Assembly: GCA_963702475.1 (NCBI GenBank)
Contig: CAVPCT010000003.1
Location: 896,001-960,000, forward strand
Source: an uncultured Thermoleophilia bacterium
GTDB lineage: Bacteria; Actinomycetota; Thermoleophilia; UBA2241
Length of the DNA: 64,000 nt
Reading direction: 5' to 3'
This document shows, in pieces, positions 8,353 through 18,880 of this stretch; within the stretch, counting starts at the first letter, position 1, and each line of letters starts with the position of its first letter. The translations under genes and the position numbers were made by a program. The notes under the pieces were generated by a model that had not been told where the DNA came from, did not search any database, and was given only the letters and a program-made list of their open reading frames with translations.

Positions 8353-9662
8353 AGCGCGCCGTCGTCGTGGGCAGCGGGGCCGGCGGCGCCATGGCCGCCC
8401 GCGAGCTGCAGGGCGCGTTCTCGGTCACGATCCTCGAGGAGGGACGCGCCTTCCGGCCGTTCCACCACGATCTCGACACCCTCGACAGGCTCCGCGCGAC
8501 GCGCCTGTTCGTCGACGAGCGCATGATCCAGGCCCTGTTCCCCCCCATGCGCGTCTCGCGCGTGGGCGACCGTATGGTCCTCGTGCGCGGATCGTGCACC
8601 GGCGGGACGACCGCGCTCGCCACCGCCAACGCGCTCCGCTGCGACGACGCCCTGCGCGAGCTCGGTCTGGACCTCGACGAGGAGTTCCTCTCGCTGGAGG
8701 AGGAGCTCGTACCCTCCACGGCGCACGCCAGGTCGTGGAGACCGGCGACACGCCGGCTGTTCTCCGCCTGCCACGAGCTCGGGCTGGAGCCTCAGGCCAC
8801 GCCCAAGCTGGTCGACTACGCCCGCTGCCGGCGGTGCGGCCGGTGCGTCCTCGGCTGTCCCTGCGGCGCCAAGTGGGACTCGAGGGTGCTGCTGGAGCAG
8901 GCCTGCTCCGCCGGCGCGCGCCTGATGACCAGCGTCAGGGTCGAGAGCGTCGCGCTGGAGCACGGCCGGGGAACGCGCCGACCTTCCGCCCGCGCGCTCG
9001 GCGTGGTGGTCCGCGCCGGGGGAAGGAGGAGGCTGGTGCCCGCCGACCTCGTGGTGCTGGCGGCCGGAGGCCTGGGCACGCCGGCGATCCTGGAGGCGTC
9101 CGGCGTCCGCACGGAGCCGCGTCTGTTTGTGGACCCCGTCCTGTGCGTGGCGGCGGTGGTCCCGGAAGCGCGGCTCCACCGCGAGGTGCCCATGCCGTTC
9201 GTCGTGGACAGGGGCGCGTTCATCGTGTCGCCGTACTTCGACCACCTCAGCCACTTCTTCAATCCGGCGTGGCGGCGCCCCTCGTCCCGGATCGTCTCAC
9301 TCATGGTCAAGTTCGCAGACGCCGAGAGCGGCCGGGTGACGCCGCGGCGCGTGCACAAGGGGCTCACCGGGCGGGACCGCCGCGTCGTCGGGGAGGCGCT
9401 CGAAATCTGCACCGAGGTCTTTGCGCGCATGGGCGTGCCGCGCGATGCACTCTTTCTCGGCACGCTGAACGCCGGCCACCCCGGGGGCACGCTGCCCCTC
9501 ACCGCGACCAGCGTGCAGGGCGTTCACGACGGGCGGCTGCCGGCGAACCTGTACGTGGCCGACGCCACGCTTCTGCCGCGGTCTCTCGGCAAGCCGCCGA
9601 TGCTTACCATCATGGCGCTCGCCAAGCGGGTGACAGCGGCGAGCCGGGCGGCCCTTCTCTGA
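8349..9662 (+). CDS. GMC-family FAD oxidoreductase with 4Fe-4S-type motif
   Basis: VVVGSGAGG, G.CTGGTT, CRRCGRCVLGCP.GAKW, LAAGGLGTP.IL, HPGGT, NLYVADA..LP.SLG.PP.LTIMALA. Confidence 0.9.
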   Translation: MKRAVVVGSGAGGAMAARELQGAFSVTILEEGRAFRPFHHDLDTLDRLRATRLFVDERMIQALFPPMRVSRVGDRMVLVRGSCTGGTTALATANALRCDDALRELGLDLDEEFLSLEEELVPSTAHARSWRPATRRLFSACHELGLEPQATPKLVDYARCRRCGRCVLGCPCGAKWDSRVLLEQACSAGARLMTSVRVESVALEHGRGTRRPSARALGVVVRAGGRRRLVPADLVVLAAGGLGTPAILEASGVRTEPRLFVDPVLCVAAVVPEARLHREVPMPFVVDRGAFIVSPYFDHLSHFFNPAWRRPSSRIVSLMVKFADAESGRVTPRRVHKGLTGRDRRVVGEALEICTEVFARMGVPRDALFLGTLNAGHPGGTLPLTATSVQGVHDGRLPANLYVADATLLPRSLGKPPMLTIMALAKRVTAASRAALL

Positions 9663-9811
9663 GTGGCGGCGGTGCGGGAGTGGGCGCTTCGGGAGCGGCT
9701 GCTGCAGGGTGCGCACGCTTGCCAGCCGCTCGGGACTCCTGTTAGGTACGCGGACGACGTCCTCGTCCACGGCCGCGGCCCAGCGCCCGCCCCGCTCAGG
9801 AGACGCCACAC

Positions 9812-10735
9812 ATGGCCTACGTGCACCCCATCGCCTGGTTCGGCGACGGCACCGTTCCCGTCGCCGACGCCTCGCTCAGCATCACGAGCTCCGCCGTCCT
9901 CTACGGCCTCAGCGTGTACACGGTCTTCCCGGTCAGCGTGACCGGCGGCGGCCACGCCGTGGCCTTCCGCCTGGCCGACCACTACCGGCGCCTCGTGAAC
10001 TCCGCGCGCATCATCGGCATCGACACGTTCGAGCCCGCGTGGCCGGAGCGCCGCTTCCGAGAGGCCGCCGGGCAGGTGGTGCTGGCCAACGAGGTCAAGG
10101 AGGACGTCTTCGTGCGCGCGAGCGTGCACGTGGATGCGCAGCTGCCGGGCACCCGCTCGCGCGGGATGTCCACCGCGATGAGCATGTTCGTGTACCGGGC
10201 GGAGCCGATCCTCCCGCTGGACGGCGCTCGCCTCAAGACGAGCGTGTGGCGGCGCATCCCCGACTACGCCATCCCCTCGCGCTCCAAGGTCAACGGCGCC
10301 TACGTGAACTCCGTGCTGGCCAAGCAGGACGCCATCGACAGCGGCTACGACGACTGCATCTTCCTGGATGTGGCCGGCCACGTGTGCGAGCTGAGCGCGG
10401 CCAACATCTTCATCGTGCGCGGCGGCGTGCTCATCACGCCGAGCACCGCGCAGGACCTGCTCGAGGGCATCAACCGCAGCACCGTGCTCTCCGTGGCGGC
10501 CGACCTGGGCATCCCCTGCCACGAGCGCGAAGTCGACCTCACGGAGCTGTACATCGCCGACGAGGTGTTCGCCTGCGGAACGTCCACCTACATCGCTCCC
10601 GTGATCGAGGTGGACGCCCGCATCGTCAACGGCCGCGGCGTGGGCCCCGTGACCGCGGCCGTCCGCGAAAGGTACCTGGCGGTCCTTCGCGGTGAGGACG
10701 AGGCCTACGAGCACTACTTGACGCGGCTCAGCTGA
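9812..10735 (+). CDS. ilvE: Branched-chain amino acid aminotransferase (class IV PLP)
   Basis: LYG..VY, FRL.DH.RRL..SA, KVNGAYVNS.LAK, E.SAANIF, LEGINR, DEVFACGT. Confidence 0.88.
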   Translation: MAYVHPIAWFGDGTVPVADASLSITSSAVLYGLSVYTVFPVSVTGGGHAVAFRLADHYRRLVNSARIIGIDTFEPAWPERRFREAAGQVVLANEVKEDVFVRASVHVDAQLPGTRSRGMSTAMSMFVYRAEPILPLDGARLKTSVWRRIPDYAIPSRSKVNGAYVNSVLAKQDAIDSGYDDCIFLDVAGHVCELSAANIFIVRGGVLITPSTAQDLLEGINRSTVLSVAADLGIPCHEREVDLTELYIADEVFACGTSTYIAPVIEVDARIVNGRGVGPVTAAVRERYLAVLRGEDEAYEHYLTRLS

Positions 10736-10914
10736 GGGCGGGAAGCGGGCCCCGAAGGAGCCCACGGCCCGACCCCGGCACCCTCGGTTCGACACCGGCC
10801 GGGCACTGTGCCCGGGCGATGTGTACCGGCGTGCAACGCCAACGGCGATGCCCCTTGCCGTGCTGCAGCGTCGGTGATACACGTGTCCGTGTGACGATCG
10901 ACGGAGGAGGAACC

Positions 10915-10983
10915 ATGTTCAACCACTTCGACTACATCATGTACCTGATCCGTCTGCACCTGGGCTGGTGCTACTGGCGCTGA
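10915..10983 (+). CDS. Putative 22-aa small protein MFNHFDYIMYLIRLHLGWCYWR
   Basis: GGAGGAGG RBS 4 nt before ATG; 21 of 22 sense codons end in G/C, matching genome usage. Confidence 0.55.
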   Translation: MFNHFDYIMYLIRLHLGWCYWR

Positions 10984-11025
10984 TCGCCCGCCTTCCTGGG
11001 TCGGCGGCCCTGGCGCGTCGCCGGC

Positions 11026-12555
11026 TCACGGAACCAGGGTGAGATCCAGGTCTGGGAGGGTATGAGGGGGGGGCAGCATCGCGCCGTACTCCTCGAAGTT
11101 GCGGTGCAGCTCGAAGCAGCGCGCCAGGTCGTGGCGGATGTGGCCTTGGCGCGCCGTAGCCACGTACTCGTGCAGGTAGTCGCGGTAGGCGGGGTGGGCG
11201 CAGCGGTCGATGATGCGCTGCGCCCGCGCCGCGGGGCCGAGCCCGCGCAGGTCGGCGAGGCCCTGTTCGGTGACGATGACGTGCGCGGAATGCTCGCTGT
11301 GGTCCACGTGGCTGCAGAACGGCACGATCGACGAGATCCTTCCGCCCTTGGCGACGGAGTGGCAGACGAACACCGAGAGGCGGGCGTTGCGCTCGAAGTC
11401 GCCCGCACCGCCGAGCCCGTTCATGAGCTGCGTTCCGCACACGTGCGACGAGTTCACGTGCCCGTAGATGTCCACCTCCAGGGCGGTGTTGCTGGCGATC
11501 ACGCCGAGCTGGCGGATGACGGCCGGGTTGTTGGAGATCTCCTGGGGGCGTAGCACGAGGCGCGGGCCGAAGAAGTCGAAGTCGGCGTAGAACTCGTCCA
11601 GCCGGTCTTCGGAGAGTGTGAGGGCACCGACGCTGGCCGCGGTGAGGCGGCCGGCGCGCATGGCGTCCAGGCACGAGTCCTGGAACACCTCCGTGTACAT
11701 GGTGAACGGCGGCATGTCGTCGTGCTCGGCGAGGTCGGCGATGAGGGCGTTGCCGATGTTGCCGACGCCGCTCTGCAGCGGCAGGAACTCCGCCGGCAGG
11801 CGGCCGGCGGCGAGTTCGTCCAGGAAGAAGCGCACGAGGTGCTCGGCGATCGCGCGGCTGGCGTCGTCCGGGGTGCGTGGGGCCGGGCGCGTGCTCGCCT
11901 GGTAGGTCTCGACCACGGCGGTGATCTTGGCCGGATCGACGGTGGCGTACGTCGTCCCGATGCGGTCCAGCGGGTGCCGGATGGGCAGCGGCTCGCGATG
12001 CGGCGGCAGCGGCAGCATGGTGATGTCGCTCAGCAGGCTGACCCTTGCGGGGTGTCGCCGGTTCAGCTCGACGATGACCTTGTCGGCCATGGTGAGAAAC
12101 GTCGGGGCGTTGCCGATGGCCGTGGTCAGGGAGACGCGCCCGTCGGCGCTGAGGTCGGTGGCTTCCACGATGGCGATGTCCACCGGGCCGAAGAAGCCTT
12201 CGAGCAGCTGCTGGGCGCAGTGGGAGAGGTGCTCGTCGTGGTACTCGATGCGGCCCTGGTTGATGGCGTCGCGGCAGGGCCCCTCGGACTGGAACGGCAT
12301 GCGGAAGCTGAGGGCGTCTTCTTTGGCGAGCTCGACGTCGCCGGCGGGCCCGGCTTCGGCCCCGGCGAGGATGCGTATCTTGAACGGCTCGCCGGCCTGG
12401 TGAAGGGCGCGCGCCCGCTTCGTCAGCGCGCCCGTCACTGCCTGCGGGATACCCGGGTCCGTGAAGCCGCCGAGGCCGAGCGTGGCTCCGTGCGGGATCA
12501 GCTCGGCGGCCTCCTCCGCGCTCCGCGTGGGAAAGCGTCCCGTCGCCATGAGCAT
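11026..12555 (-). CDS. Acetyl-CoA hydrolase / succinate CoA-transferase family
   Basis: GFT..G.P, D.HLSH, PLQSGVGNI.NA, YTEVFQD, RPQEISNNP, N.ALEVDIYGHVNS, MNGLGGAGDF.RNA. Confidence 0.93.
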   Translation of the reverse strand: MLMATGRFPTRSAEEAAELIPHGATLGLGGFTDPGIPQAVTGALTKRARALHQAGEPFKIRILAGAEAGPAGDVELAKEDALSFRMPFQSEGPCRDAINQGRIEYHDEHLSHCAQQLLEGFFGPVDIAIVEATDLSADGRVSLTTAIGNAPTFLTMADKVIVELNRRHPARVSLLSDITMLPLPPHREPLPIRHPLDRIGTTYATVDPAKITAVVETYQASTRPAPRTPDDASRAIAEHLVRFFLDELAAGRLPAEFLPLQSGVGNIGNALIADLAEHDDMPPFTMYTEVFQDSCLDAMRAGRLTAASVGALTLSEDRLDEFYADFDFFGPRLVLRPQEISNNPAVIRQLGVIASNTALEVDIYGHVNSSHVCGTQLMNGLGGAGDFERNARLSVFVCHSVAKGGRISSIVPFCSHVDHSEHSAHVIVTEQGLADLRGLGPAARAQRIIDRCAHPAYRDYLHEYVATARQGHIRHDLARCFELHRNFEEYGAMLPPPHTLPDLDLTLVP

Positions 12556-12682
12556 CGTCTCCCTTCTCAGCGGTGCGCGGCGCTGTTCCCGAAGCTCGAC
12601 GCCGCTCCCGCTCATCCTATCGAGCGAGGGGCGCCACCTGTGCGCGGTCTCGGGCGCTCGGCCGGCGCCGCCGGCCCGGCCG

Positions 12683-13036
12683 TCAGCAGGTCACGTGCAG
12701 CACCGCGTATGCCGCACCCGGCTCGAGCTCGCGGAGCAGGGCGAGAGCCTCCGGCGTGGTGACGGTGACCACCTCCACGCCGCGCCGCTCGCCCTCCTCG
12801 AAGACGTCCGGCGCCACCGGCAGGCTGCCGTAGGCGCCGGTGCCCACGATCAGCCGCCCGCCGCCCCACGGGATCTTCTCTGCCGCCGTCAGCGGCGTAT
12901 GGCCGTACTCCTCGCGCCGCTCCTTGGACGCCTTCTTGCGGCGCTTGCCGACGGCGCCGGCGTCGATCACGACGTCGTGGTCGTAGCGGCGCCCCTCGAC
13001 CTCGATCTCGCCGAACCCGATCCAGCGTGCGTCCAT
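12683..13036 (-). CDS. MTH938/NDUFAF3 family protein
   Basis: FGEIEVEG..Y.HDVVI...LIVGTG.YG...T.EA...LHVTC; strong RBS. Confidence 0.85.
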   Translation of the reverse strand: MDARWIGFGEIEVEGRRYDHDVVIDAGAVGKRRKKASKERREEYGHTPLTAAEKIPWGGGRLIVGTGAYGSLPVAPDVFEEGERRGVEVVTVTTPEALALLRELEPGAAYAVLHVTC

Positions 13037-13076
13037 GGCGTCCTCCTTTCCTCGTGCTCCCCGCGCGCGGCGTGCC

Positions 13077-14243
13077 TCAGAGCACCCTGTCGGTGTACGG
13101 GATCCGGCGGATGAGGGCGCTGAGGCCGAAGCACAGCGGCACGGCGATGGCCGAGACGAGCGCCCACTTGAGCAGCGGATACCACGTGAGCCCGCGGAGC
13201 TCATACGCCAGCGTCGCGATCACCGGCATGTGGATGAGGTACGCCGTGTACGCGTTGGGAACCAGGAACGCCGCAATCCGGCCGCGATGGTCGAGGTGCC
13301 GGCGGAAGAAGTACACCACGGCGATGCACATGCTCACGCACATGAAGGCCTCCCAGAACGAGTACACCGCCGACTGCCAGTGGACGCCGCCTTTGAACGG
13401 GGTGTCGTCGTCGGCGGCGCCGGCCGCCAGCATCAGCGGCGCCCAGACCAGGATGAAAGCCACAGCCACCCACAGCCAGAGGCGTCCAGTCTTGTCCGGC
13501 AGCCCGCGCAGCCAGTCGCGGCGATACGCGAGCAGCCCGACGACGAAGAGGGCGACGTAGCTGGCGAAGAAGCCCAGCTGCAGGTTCAGCGGCCGGAAAT
13601 TCCACCCGTCCATGGGAAACGCCACGCGCAGCAGCCACGTCACGGCTCCCAGGCCGAGGGCGAACAGCGCGAGCGTGCGCCCGCGCGGAAAGGGGCGCGG
13701 CGTGACGGAGGGCTCCGGCCCGGGCGGTCCGAGCGCGCGCCAGAGCACGTACAGCAGCGAGAAGACGAGCAGCACCTCGACGAACCACAGCGGTCCCTGG
13801 CCGAGGATCTCCCACCCGGCGAAGTACTCGGCCGTGAGGAACGTCCAGTACGACATGTCGCCGGCGAATCCGTAGAACCACCAGGCGAAGAGCGGGATCA
13901 CGACCCAGCTGAAGACCGCGAGCGGCACGCCGAGGCGCAGCAGCCTGTCCTTGCTGAAGCGCCCCGGCCCCTTGCGGTCGTAGGAGCCCGGCACGAAGTA
14001 GGCGGAGATGAGCAGGAAGAGGCCCATGAAGTAGGCCTGGTCTACGGAACAGAACCAGCCGCCGAGGGCGTCGGTCACCGTGTCCTGCCGTCCCTCGAGG
14101 TAGATCCAGCTGCCAGTGCCCGCGTAGGTGATCATCAGGTGGTGCAGGATGACGAGGACGGTGAGGAAGACGCGGATGTTGTCAACGAAGAGCAGTCGCG
14201 CGGGCGCGCCGGGAAGAGCCGTCGCGACCGCCGTTCGCGTCAT
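13077..14243 (-). CDS. Acyltransferase-3 family membrane protein (OpgC/MdoC-like)
   Basis: RLLFVDNIR...[36 protein letters not shown]. Confidence 0.9.
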   Translation of the reverse strand: MTRTAVATALPGAPARLLFVDNIRVFLTVLVILHHLMITYAGTGSWIYLEGRQDTVTDALGGWFCSVDQAYFMGLFLLISAYFVPGSYDRKGPGRFSKDRLLRLGVPLAVFSWVVIPLFAWWFYGFAGDMSYWTFLTAEYFAGWEILGQGPLWFVEVLLVFSLLYVLWRALGPPGPEPSVTPRPFPRGRTLALFALGLGAVTWLLRVAFPMDGWNFRPLNLQLGFFASYVALFVVGLLAYRRDWLRGLPDKTGRLWLWVAVAFILVWAPLMLAAGAADDDTPFKGGVHWQSAVYSFWEAFMCVSMCIAVVYFFRRHLDHRGRIAAFLVPNAYTAYLIHMPVIATLAYELRGLTWYPLLKWALVSAIAVPLCFGLSALIRRIPYTDRVL

Positions 14244-14498
14244 GCCGGATTCTTGTCTTGGCGTGCCCATCTGGTCGGTCTCCTCTTCGCCGCGACCTTC
14301 TGCACACCGTCGTCGCCGGACGGTCGCGTGTCAAGGTTCGCGCCGTCCGCCGACCGACCCGCCGCGTTCCGACCGGTCCCGCCGCGCGCCCTCCGCCACC
14401 GGGGCTGGACGCGTCGTGTGCTGCGGCGATAGACTCTGGTACATACCAGCATTCGCACCGGCCGACGGCGCCGGGAGACCCTACGGAAGCGAGGACGC

Positions 14499-15704
14499 GT
14501 GACCACGGTGGCCAGCCCCCAGTTCCCCCCGTTCGACCCCCCGCTGCGGACCCTCATGGGACCCGGCCCATCCGATGTGGCCCCGCGGGTCCTGCAGGCC
14601 ATGGCGCGCCCGACGATCGGCCACCTCGACCCCGAGTTCGTGCGACTCATGGAGCAGATCAAGGAGCTCTTGCGCTACGCCTTCCAGACCACCAATGAGG
14701 TGACGTTTCCGGTGTCCGGGCCCGGCTCCGTCGGCATGGAGACGTGTTTCGTCAACTTGGTGGAGCCCGGCGACAAGGTGATCGTGTGTCGCAACGGCGT
14801 GTTCGGGGCGCGCATGCTCGAGAACGCCACACGTGTGGGCGGCGTGCCGGTGGTCGTCGATGACGACTGGGGCACGCCGGTCTCCGTGGACAAGGTCGCG
14901 GCCGCGCTCGACGAGAACGCCGACGCCAGGGTCCTCGCCTTCGTGCAGGCCGAGACCTCGACCGGCGCACACACGCCTCCGGCGCCTCTGGTGACGCTGG
15001 CGCACGAGCGCGGCTGCCTCACCATCGTCGACACCGTCACCGCGCTCGGCGGCGTGCCGGTCCTCGTGGACGAGTGGGAGATGGACGCCGTGTACTCCGG
15101 CACGCAGAAGTGCCTCAGCTGCCCGCCCGGTCTGGCGCCGGTGACCTTCGGGCCGCGTGCGGTGGAGCGGGTCAAGGCGAGGACGACCACCTGCCAGAGC
15201 TGGTTCATGGACCTCAGCCTTCAGCTCGGGTACTGGTCGTCGGGGACGCGCGTGTACCACCACACCGCCCCGGTCAACGCGCTGTACGGCCTGCACGAGT
15301 CGTTGCTCATCCTCGCGGAGGAGGGCCTGGAGGCTGCCTGGGAGCGGCACCGCGTGAACCACCTCGCGCTGGTCGCGGGCTTGAACGCCCTCGGTCTGTC
15401 GACTCTCGTGCCCGAGGCCGACTGTCTGCCCGAGCTCAACATGGTCGTGGTGCCCGACGGTGTCGACGAGGCGGCGGTGCGCGGGCGGCTGCTGCAGGAG
15501 TACGACCTCGAGGTCGGCGCCGGCCTCGGCACGTTGGCGGGCACGGTCTGGCGTGTGGGCCTCATGGGGCACGCGTGCACCGAGGCAAACGTGGTCAAGT
15601 GTCTGCGCGCCTTCGCGGAGGTGCTCGGGCCGGACGTCGTGGAGGCCTCCGGCGACGACGCGGAGCGGGCGGCGCGCGCCAGGGGCTTCGCCGGCGCGGC
15701 CTGA
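14499..15704 (+). CDS. Alanine-glyoxylate / serine-pyruvate aminotransferase (class V)
   Basis: [54 protein letters not shown]. Confidence 0.93.
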   Translation: MTTVASPQFPPFDPPLRTLMGPGPSDVAPRVLQAMARPTIGHLDPEFVRLMEQIKELLRYAFQTTNEVTFPVSGPGSVGMETCFVNLVEPGDKVIVCRNGVFGARMLENATRVGGVPVVVDDDWGTPVSVDKVAAALDENADARVLAFVQAETSTGAHTPPAPLVTLAHERGCLTIVDTVTALGGVPVLVDEWEMDAVYSGTQKCLSCPPGLAPVTFGPRAVERVKARTTTCQSWFMDLSLQLGYWSSGTRVYHHTAPVNALYGLHESLLILAEEGLEAAWERHRVNHLALVAGLNALGLSTLVPEADCLPELNMVVVPDGVDEAAVRGRLLQEYDLEVGAGLGTLAGTVWRVGLMGHACTEANVVKCLRAFAEVLGPDVVEASGDDAERAARARGFAGAA

Positions 15705-15761
15705 GCGTCTCCCACCGGCGCCGGTCCGAGCGGGGCGAGGGCCGGGCGGGACGGGCGCGTC

Positions 15762-15966
15762 GTGACGCGGTCGTCCCGCCCGGCGGTGCCGATCCTCGTC
15801 TGCCACCTTGCGCGGCCGCACCCCGCCGGCGCGTCGCTGGTGGACATGAGCACCGCGCGCTTCCGCGCCCAGATGGCGTAGCTCGCGGAGGAAGGGTACG
15901 CCCGTGACCCTGCGGCAGGTGTACGACGCGTGGACCGGGGACGGCGTGCTGCCCGCGGCCTACTGA
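15762..15966 (+). pseudogene. Remnant of a polysaccharide deacetylase N-terminus
   Basis: VPILVCH...STARFRAQMA*LAEEGY / (frameshift) VTLRQVYDAW...LP; in-frame TAG plus a frameshift, truncated before the TFDDG motif. Confidence 0.6.
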
Positions 15967-15971
15967 GGCGT

Positions 15972-17174
15972 TCAGGCGGCGCGCCGCTCGTGCCCGCGGT
16001 CGCCGCGTGCCGGGGGATCGGGCAGCTGGTGCACGGAGCCGGTTCTGTGCCCGTGCAGCTCCCGGGCCAGCGCCGCGCGCGCCACGTACTCGGTCAACGT
16101 CTGGTCGTCGACGAGGCCCAGCAGGCGACCCTCGCGCACGATCGCGACCATCCCCGTCCCGCCCGATGCGATGCCGTGCAGCACGTCCAGGGCCGGACGA
16201 TCGGGGTCGACCTCGGCGGCCTGGTCCCGGCCGCGCATGACCTCGGCGACGCGGACGTCGTCCCAGCGCCGCGGGTCGACCTCGCGCACGTCGGCGGCAC
16301 ACAGCGCGCCCTCGTACCCGCCCTCTTCGCCGCCGGCCACCGGCAGGCAGCGCGCCCCGGACGGCGCCAGGTAGTCACGCACGGCCGCGCTCAGGGTGAT
16401 GCGCGGCGGCACCCAGGCCGCCGGCGCCTCGGCGAGCCGGCCGGCCGGCACGCCCCGCAGCTGCTTCTCGGCCTCGCCCAGGCGTGCGGCGGAACGCGCC
16501 GACTGCACCAGGATCCAGCCGACGAAGGCCGTCCACAGAGCGCTGAGAAGGGCGCCCTGAAGGATGAACAGGCCGCCAGCGCCGATCAGGGCGTACCCGA
16601 GCACACTCCCGGCGGTCGCGGCGCCCGACGTCGCCCTGGCGCGGTCGTGCCACAGGCCCCAGAGCACTGCCCTGAGCACGCGGCCGCCGTCGAGAGGGAA
16701 CCCCGGCAGCATGTTGAAGGCGGCCAGGATCAGGTTGAGGGTTCCCAGGTACAGCGCCAGCGCGTGCACGGCCGGGGGTGCGGAGACGAGGGCGGCGAGG
16801 CCGAGCAGGGCGCCGCCGAGCACGAGGCTCGTGGCAGGCCCGACGCCGGCCATCAGCGCCTCGCGCCAAGGACCCTTCGGCTCATCCTCGATGGTGGAGA
16901 CGCCGCCGAGGAGGAACAGCGTGATGCCACGTACCTCGATGCCTTGGGCGCGAGCCACCAGCGAGTGCGCCAGCTCGTGCACGAGCACCGAGGCGAACAG
17001 CAGGAGAGATGCGACCAGGGCCAGGACCCAGTACGTCGCCGTGCCCGCCTCGAACATGGCGGGGAGCACGGCGGTGGCCAGCGACAAGGTGAGAAGGCCG
17101 ACGATCACGAACCAACCTCCGCGGACCCGCACCTCGATACCGAACAGCCGTCCTATCTTGATCCCGCCGGTCAC
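15972..17174 (-). CDS. Site-2 protease (M50) with C-terminal CBS domains
   Basis: HELAHSL, LFLLGG, GP.TS, FNMLPGFPLDGGR. Confidence 0.93.
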   Translation of the reverse strand: MTGGIKIGRLFGIEVRVRGGWFVIVGLLTLSLATAVLPAMFEAGTATYWVLALVASLLLFASVLVHELAHSLVARAQGIEVRGITLFLLGGVSTIEDEPKGPWREALMAGVGPATSLVLGGALLGLAALVSAPPAVHALALYLGTLNLILAAFNMLPGFPLDGGRVLRAVLWGLWHDRARATSGAATAGSVLGYALIGAGGLFILQGALLSALWTAFVGWILVQSARSAARLGEAEKQLRGVPAGRLAEAPAAWVPPRITLSAAVRDYLAPSGARCLPVAGGEEGGYEGALCAADVREVDPRRWDDVRVAEVMRGRDQAAEVDPDRPALDVLHGIASGGTGMVAIVREGRLLGLVDDQTLTEYVARAALARELHGHRTGSVHQLPDPPARGDRGHERRAA

Positions 17175-17330
17175 GGCGTCTCCTCTCCGGGTTCTCGTAT
17201 CTGTATGTTCCCCGAGGCTCCGGCGGGCAAGCGGGTCTCGCTGCAGGGAGACTCCGCGGCCGACCCTGGGAGGCGCGGGCGCCGCAGGTAGGATGGGGGT
17301 GTCAGGCCAGCCGTTCCTCGGGAGGGTGTC

Positions 17331-18077
17331 GTGCAGTACGAAGAGTTCCTCGCGTTCGTCAAAGGCCGCCGCACGGTGCGTGCCATCAAGCCGGACCCAC
17401 TCTCACCCGAGGTCGTCGACAGGCTGCTCGAGGCGGCGCGCTGGGCACCGACCGGCTTCAACATGCAGCCCGTGGAGCTCCTGGTCGTGGACGATCCCGA
17501 GCTGCGCGCAGCGGTCCGGCGCGTCGTCGACGACTACAAGAACACGGACTTCTTCGCCCTGGAGGCGACCCGGGAGCCCTGGCAGGGGTCGCCGTGGACC
17601 ATCGAGACGCACGGGCGCTGGGAGACGCCGGCGGCGCCCGTCATGATCGCCGTGCTCGGCGACACGCGGCGCCGAGTCGGCCTGCCCATGGCCGCCCGGT
17701 ACGCGAAGCAGAAGGGCGACTCCATCTTCGAGTCGTCGCTGGCGAACGCGTTCCTGTACATCCTGCTCGCCGCCCACAGTCTCGGGCTGGCGGCCGTGCC
17801 CTGCTCCGGCGTCAAGTACCCCACCGTCGAGGGCAAGGTCAAGCACCTGCTCAACCTGCCCGAGCACATCTATCTGTACGACCTCGTGCTCGTGGGCGAG
17901 TCGGCCATGGAGGCGCCCCTCTCGGGCAAGCTGATGCGCCTGCGCGGCGAGATGGTCCACCACGACCGCGCCTCCGACGACGAGTTCCCTGACGAGGAGG
18001 AGCTGCGGGCGCAGATCGTCAAGCTGCGCGCCGGCAACGTGGCCCGGCATGTCGAGGGCGACGAGGCGGGGCGCTGA
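17331..18077 (+). CDS. Nitroreductase family protein
   Basis: RRTVR..KPDP...LLEAARWAPTG.N.QP; LLAAHSLGL. Confidence 0.9.
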   Translation: MQYEEFLAFVKGRRTVRAIKPDPLSPEVVDRLLEAARWAPTGFNMQPVELLVVDDPELRAAVRRVVDDYKNTDFFALEATREPWQGSPWTIETHGRWETPAAPVMIAVLGDTRRRVGLPMAARYAKQKGDSIFESSLANAFLYILLAAHSLGLAAVPCSGVKYPTVEGKVKHLLNLPEHIYLYDLVLVGESAMEAPLSGKLMRLRGEMVHHDRASDDEFPDEEELRAQIVKLRAGNVARHVEGDEAGR

Positions 18078-18107
18078 GCGGGTCGGCGCACCGGCGGACT
18101 CGGCGTC

Positions 18108-18674
18108 TCACACCCCGAACAGGCCGAGCGGGTCACGGTCGGCGGCCGTCCCGGCGCGCTCCGCGCGCCCCCAAGGCCGCCACCGCGGGAACGCCGCGTA
18201 CGCCTCCTTCGGCGACGGCGTCTCGCGCTCGACGCCGGCGCCGTACTCGAGCGCCAGCGTCGAGCGCGGGTAGAGGAGGCCCTGGTCGTTGGTGGTCCGG
18301 CTGCCGGCCATGAAGATCGCACACGGTCCGTCGCCGGCGCCCACGAAGATGTGTCGCGTGCCTGGGGGACAGTGCACGAAGTCCCATGGTCTGAGCCGGC
18401 GCTCCTGCTCTTCGACGAGGAGCAGGCACTCGCCGGTCAGCACCAGGAAGTCCTCCTGCTCCGCCTCGCTGTGGTACATGCCGTTGGGCTGCCCCGGCTG
18501 CAGCACACAGAGGGTGTAGCCGATCCGGTCGAACTCCGGCTCGCCCTCGAAGATGCAGCTGCTGCCGAAGGTCTCGCTTCGCCGCCACGCCGCGTCCTGC
18601 ACGTTGACGGTGAACCAACCCTCTGCGGCCGGCGCGAGACCTCCCTCGGTCTCTCGCAGCGGCGCCTCGTCCAT
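18108..18674 (-). CDS. Cupin domain protein
   Basis: YHSEAEQEDFLVL.GE...WDFVHCPPGT.H.FVGAG. Confidence 0.88.
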   Translation of the reverse strand: MDEAPLRETEGGLAPAAEGWFTVNVQDAAWRRSETFGSSCIFEGEPEFDRIGYTLCVLQPGQPNGMYHSEAEQEDFLVLTGECLLLVEEQERRLRPWDFVHCPPGTRHIFVGAGDGPCAIFMAGSRTTNDQGLLYPRSTLALEYGAGVERETPSPKEAYAAFPRWRPWGRAERAGTAADRDPLGLFGV

Positions 18675-18880
18675 GGCGTCCCTCCTCGTCGTCCGCTTTC
18701 GCGGCGCCAGCGTGTCACGTACGGCCCGTCGGCGCACGTCGTACCGCGACGCGCGCCCGCTCCACCCACGCACCGCGCCCCCGAAAGGTTTGCACGTTCT
18801 TCATGATTTTGTAACCAAAGTACGTGTATGCTTTCAAAGTACGCGGGAACGAACACGGCAAGCTGACTGCGTTGGGAGGG

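Noticed and set aside
10780-10800. tRNA-like T-arm (CGGTTCGACACCG)
   Set aside because: No acceptor, D or anticodon arms could be built.
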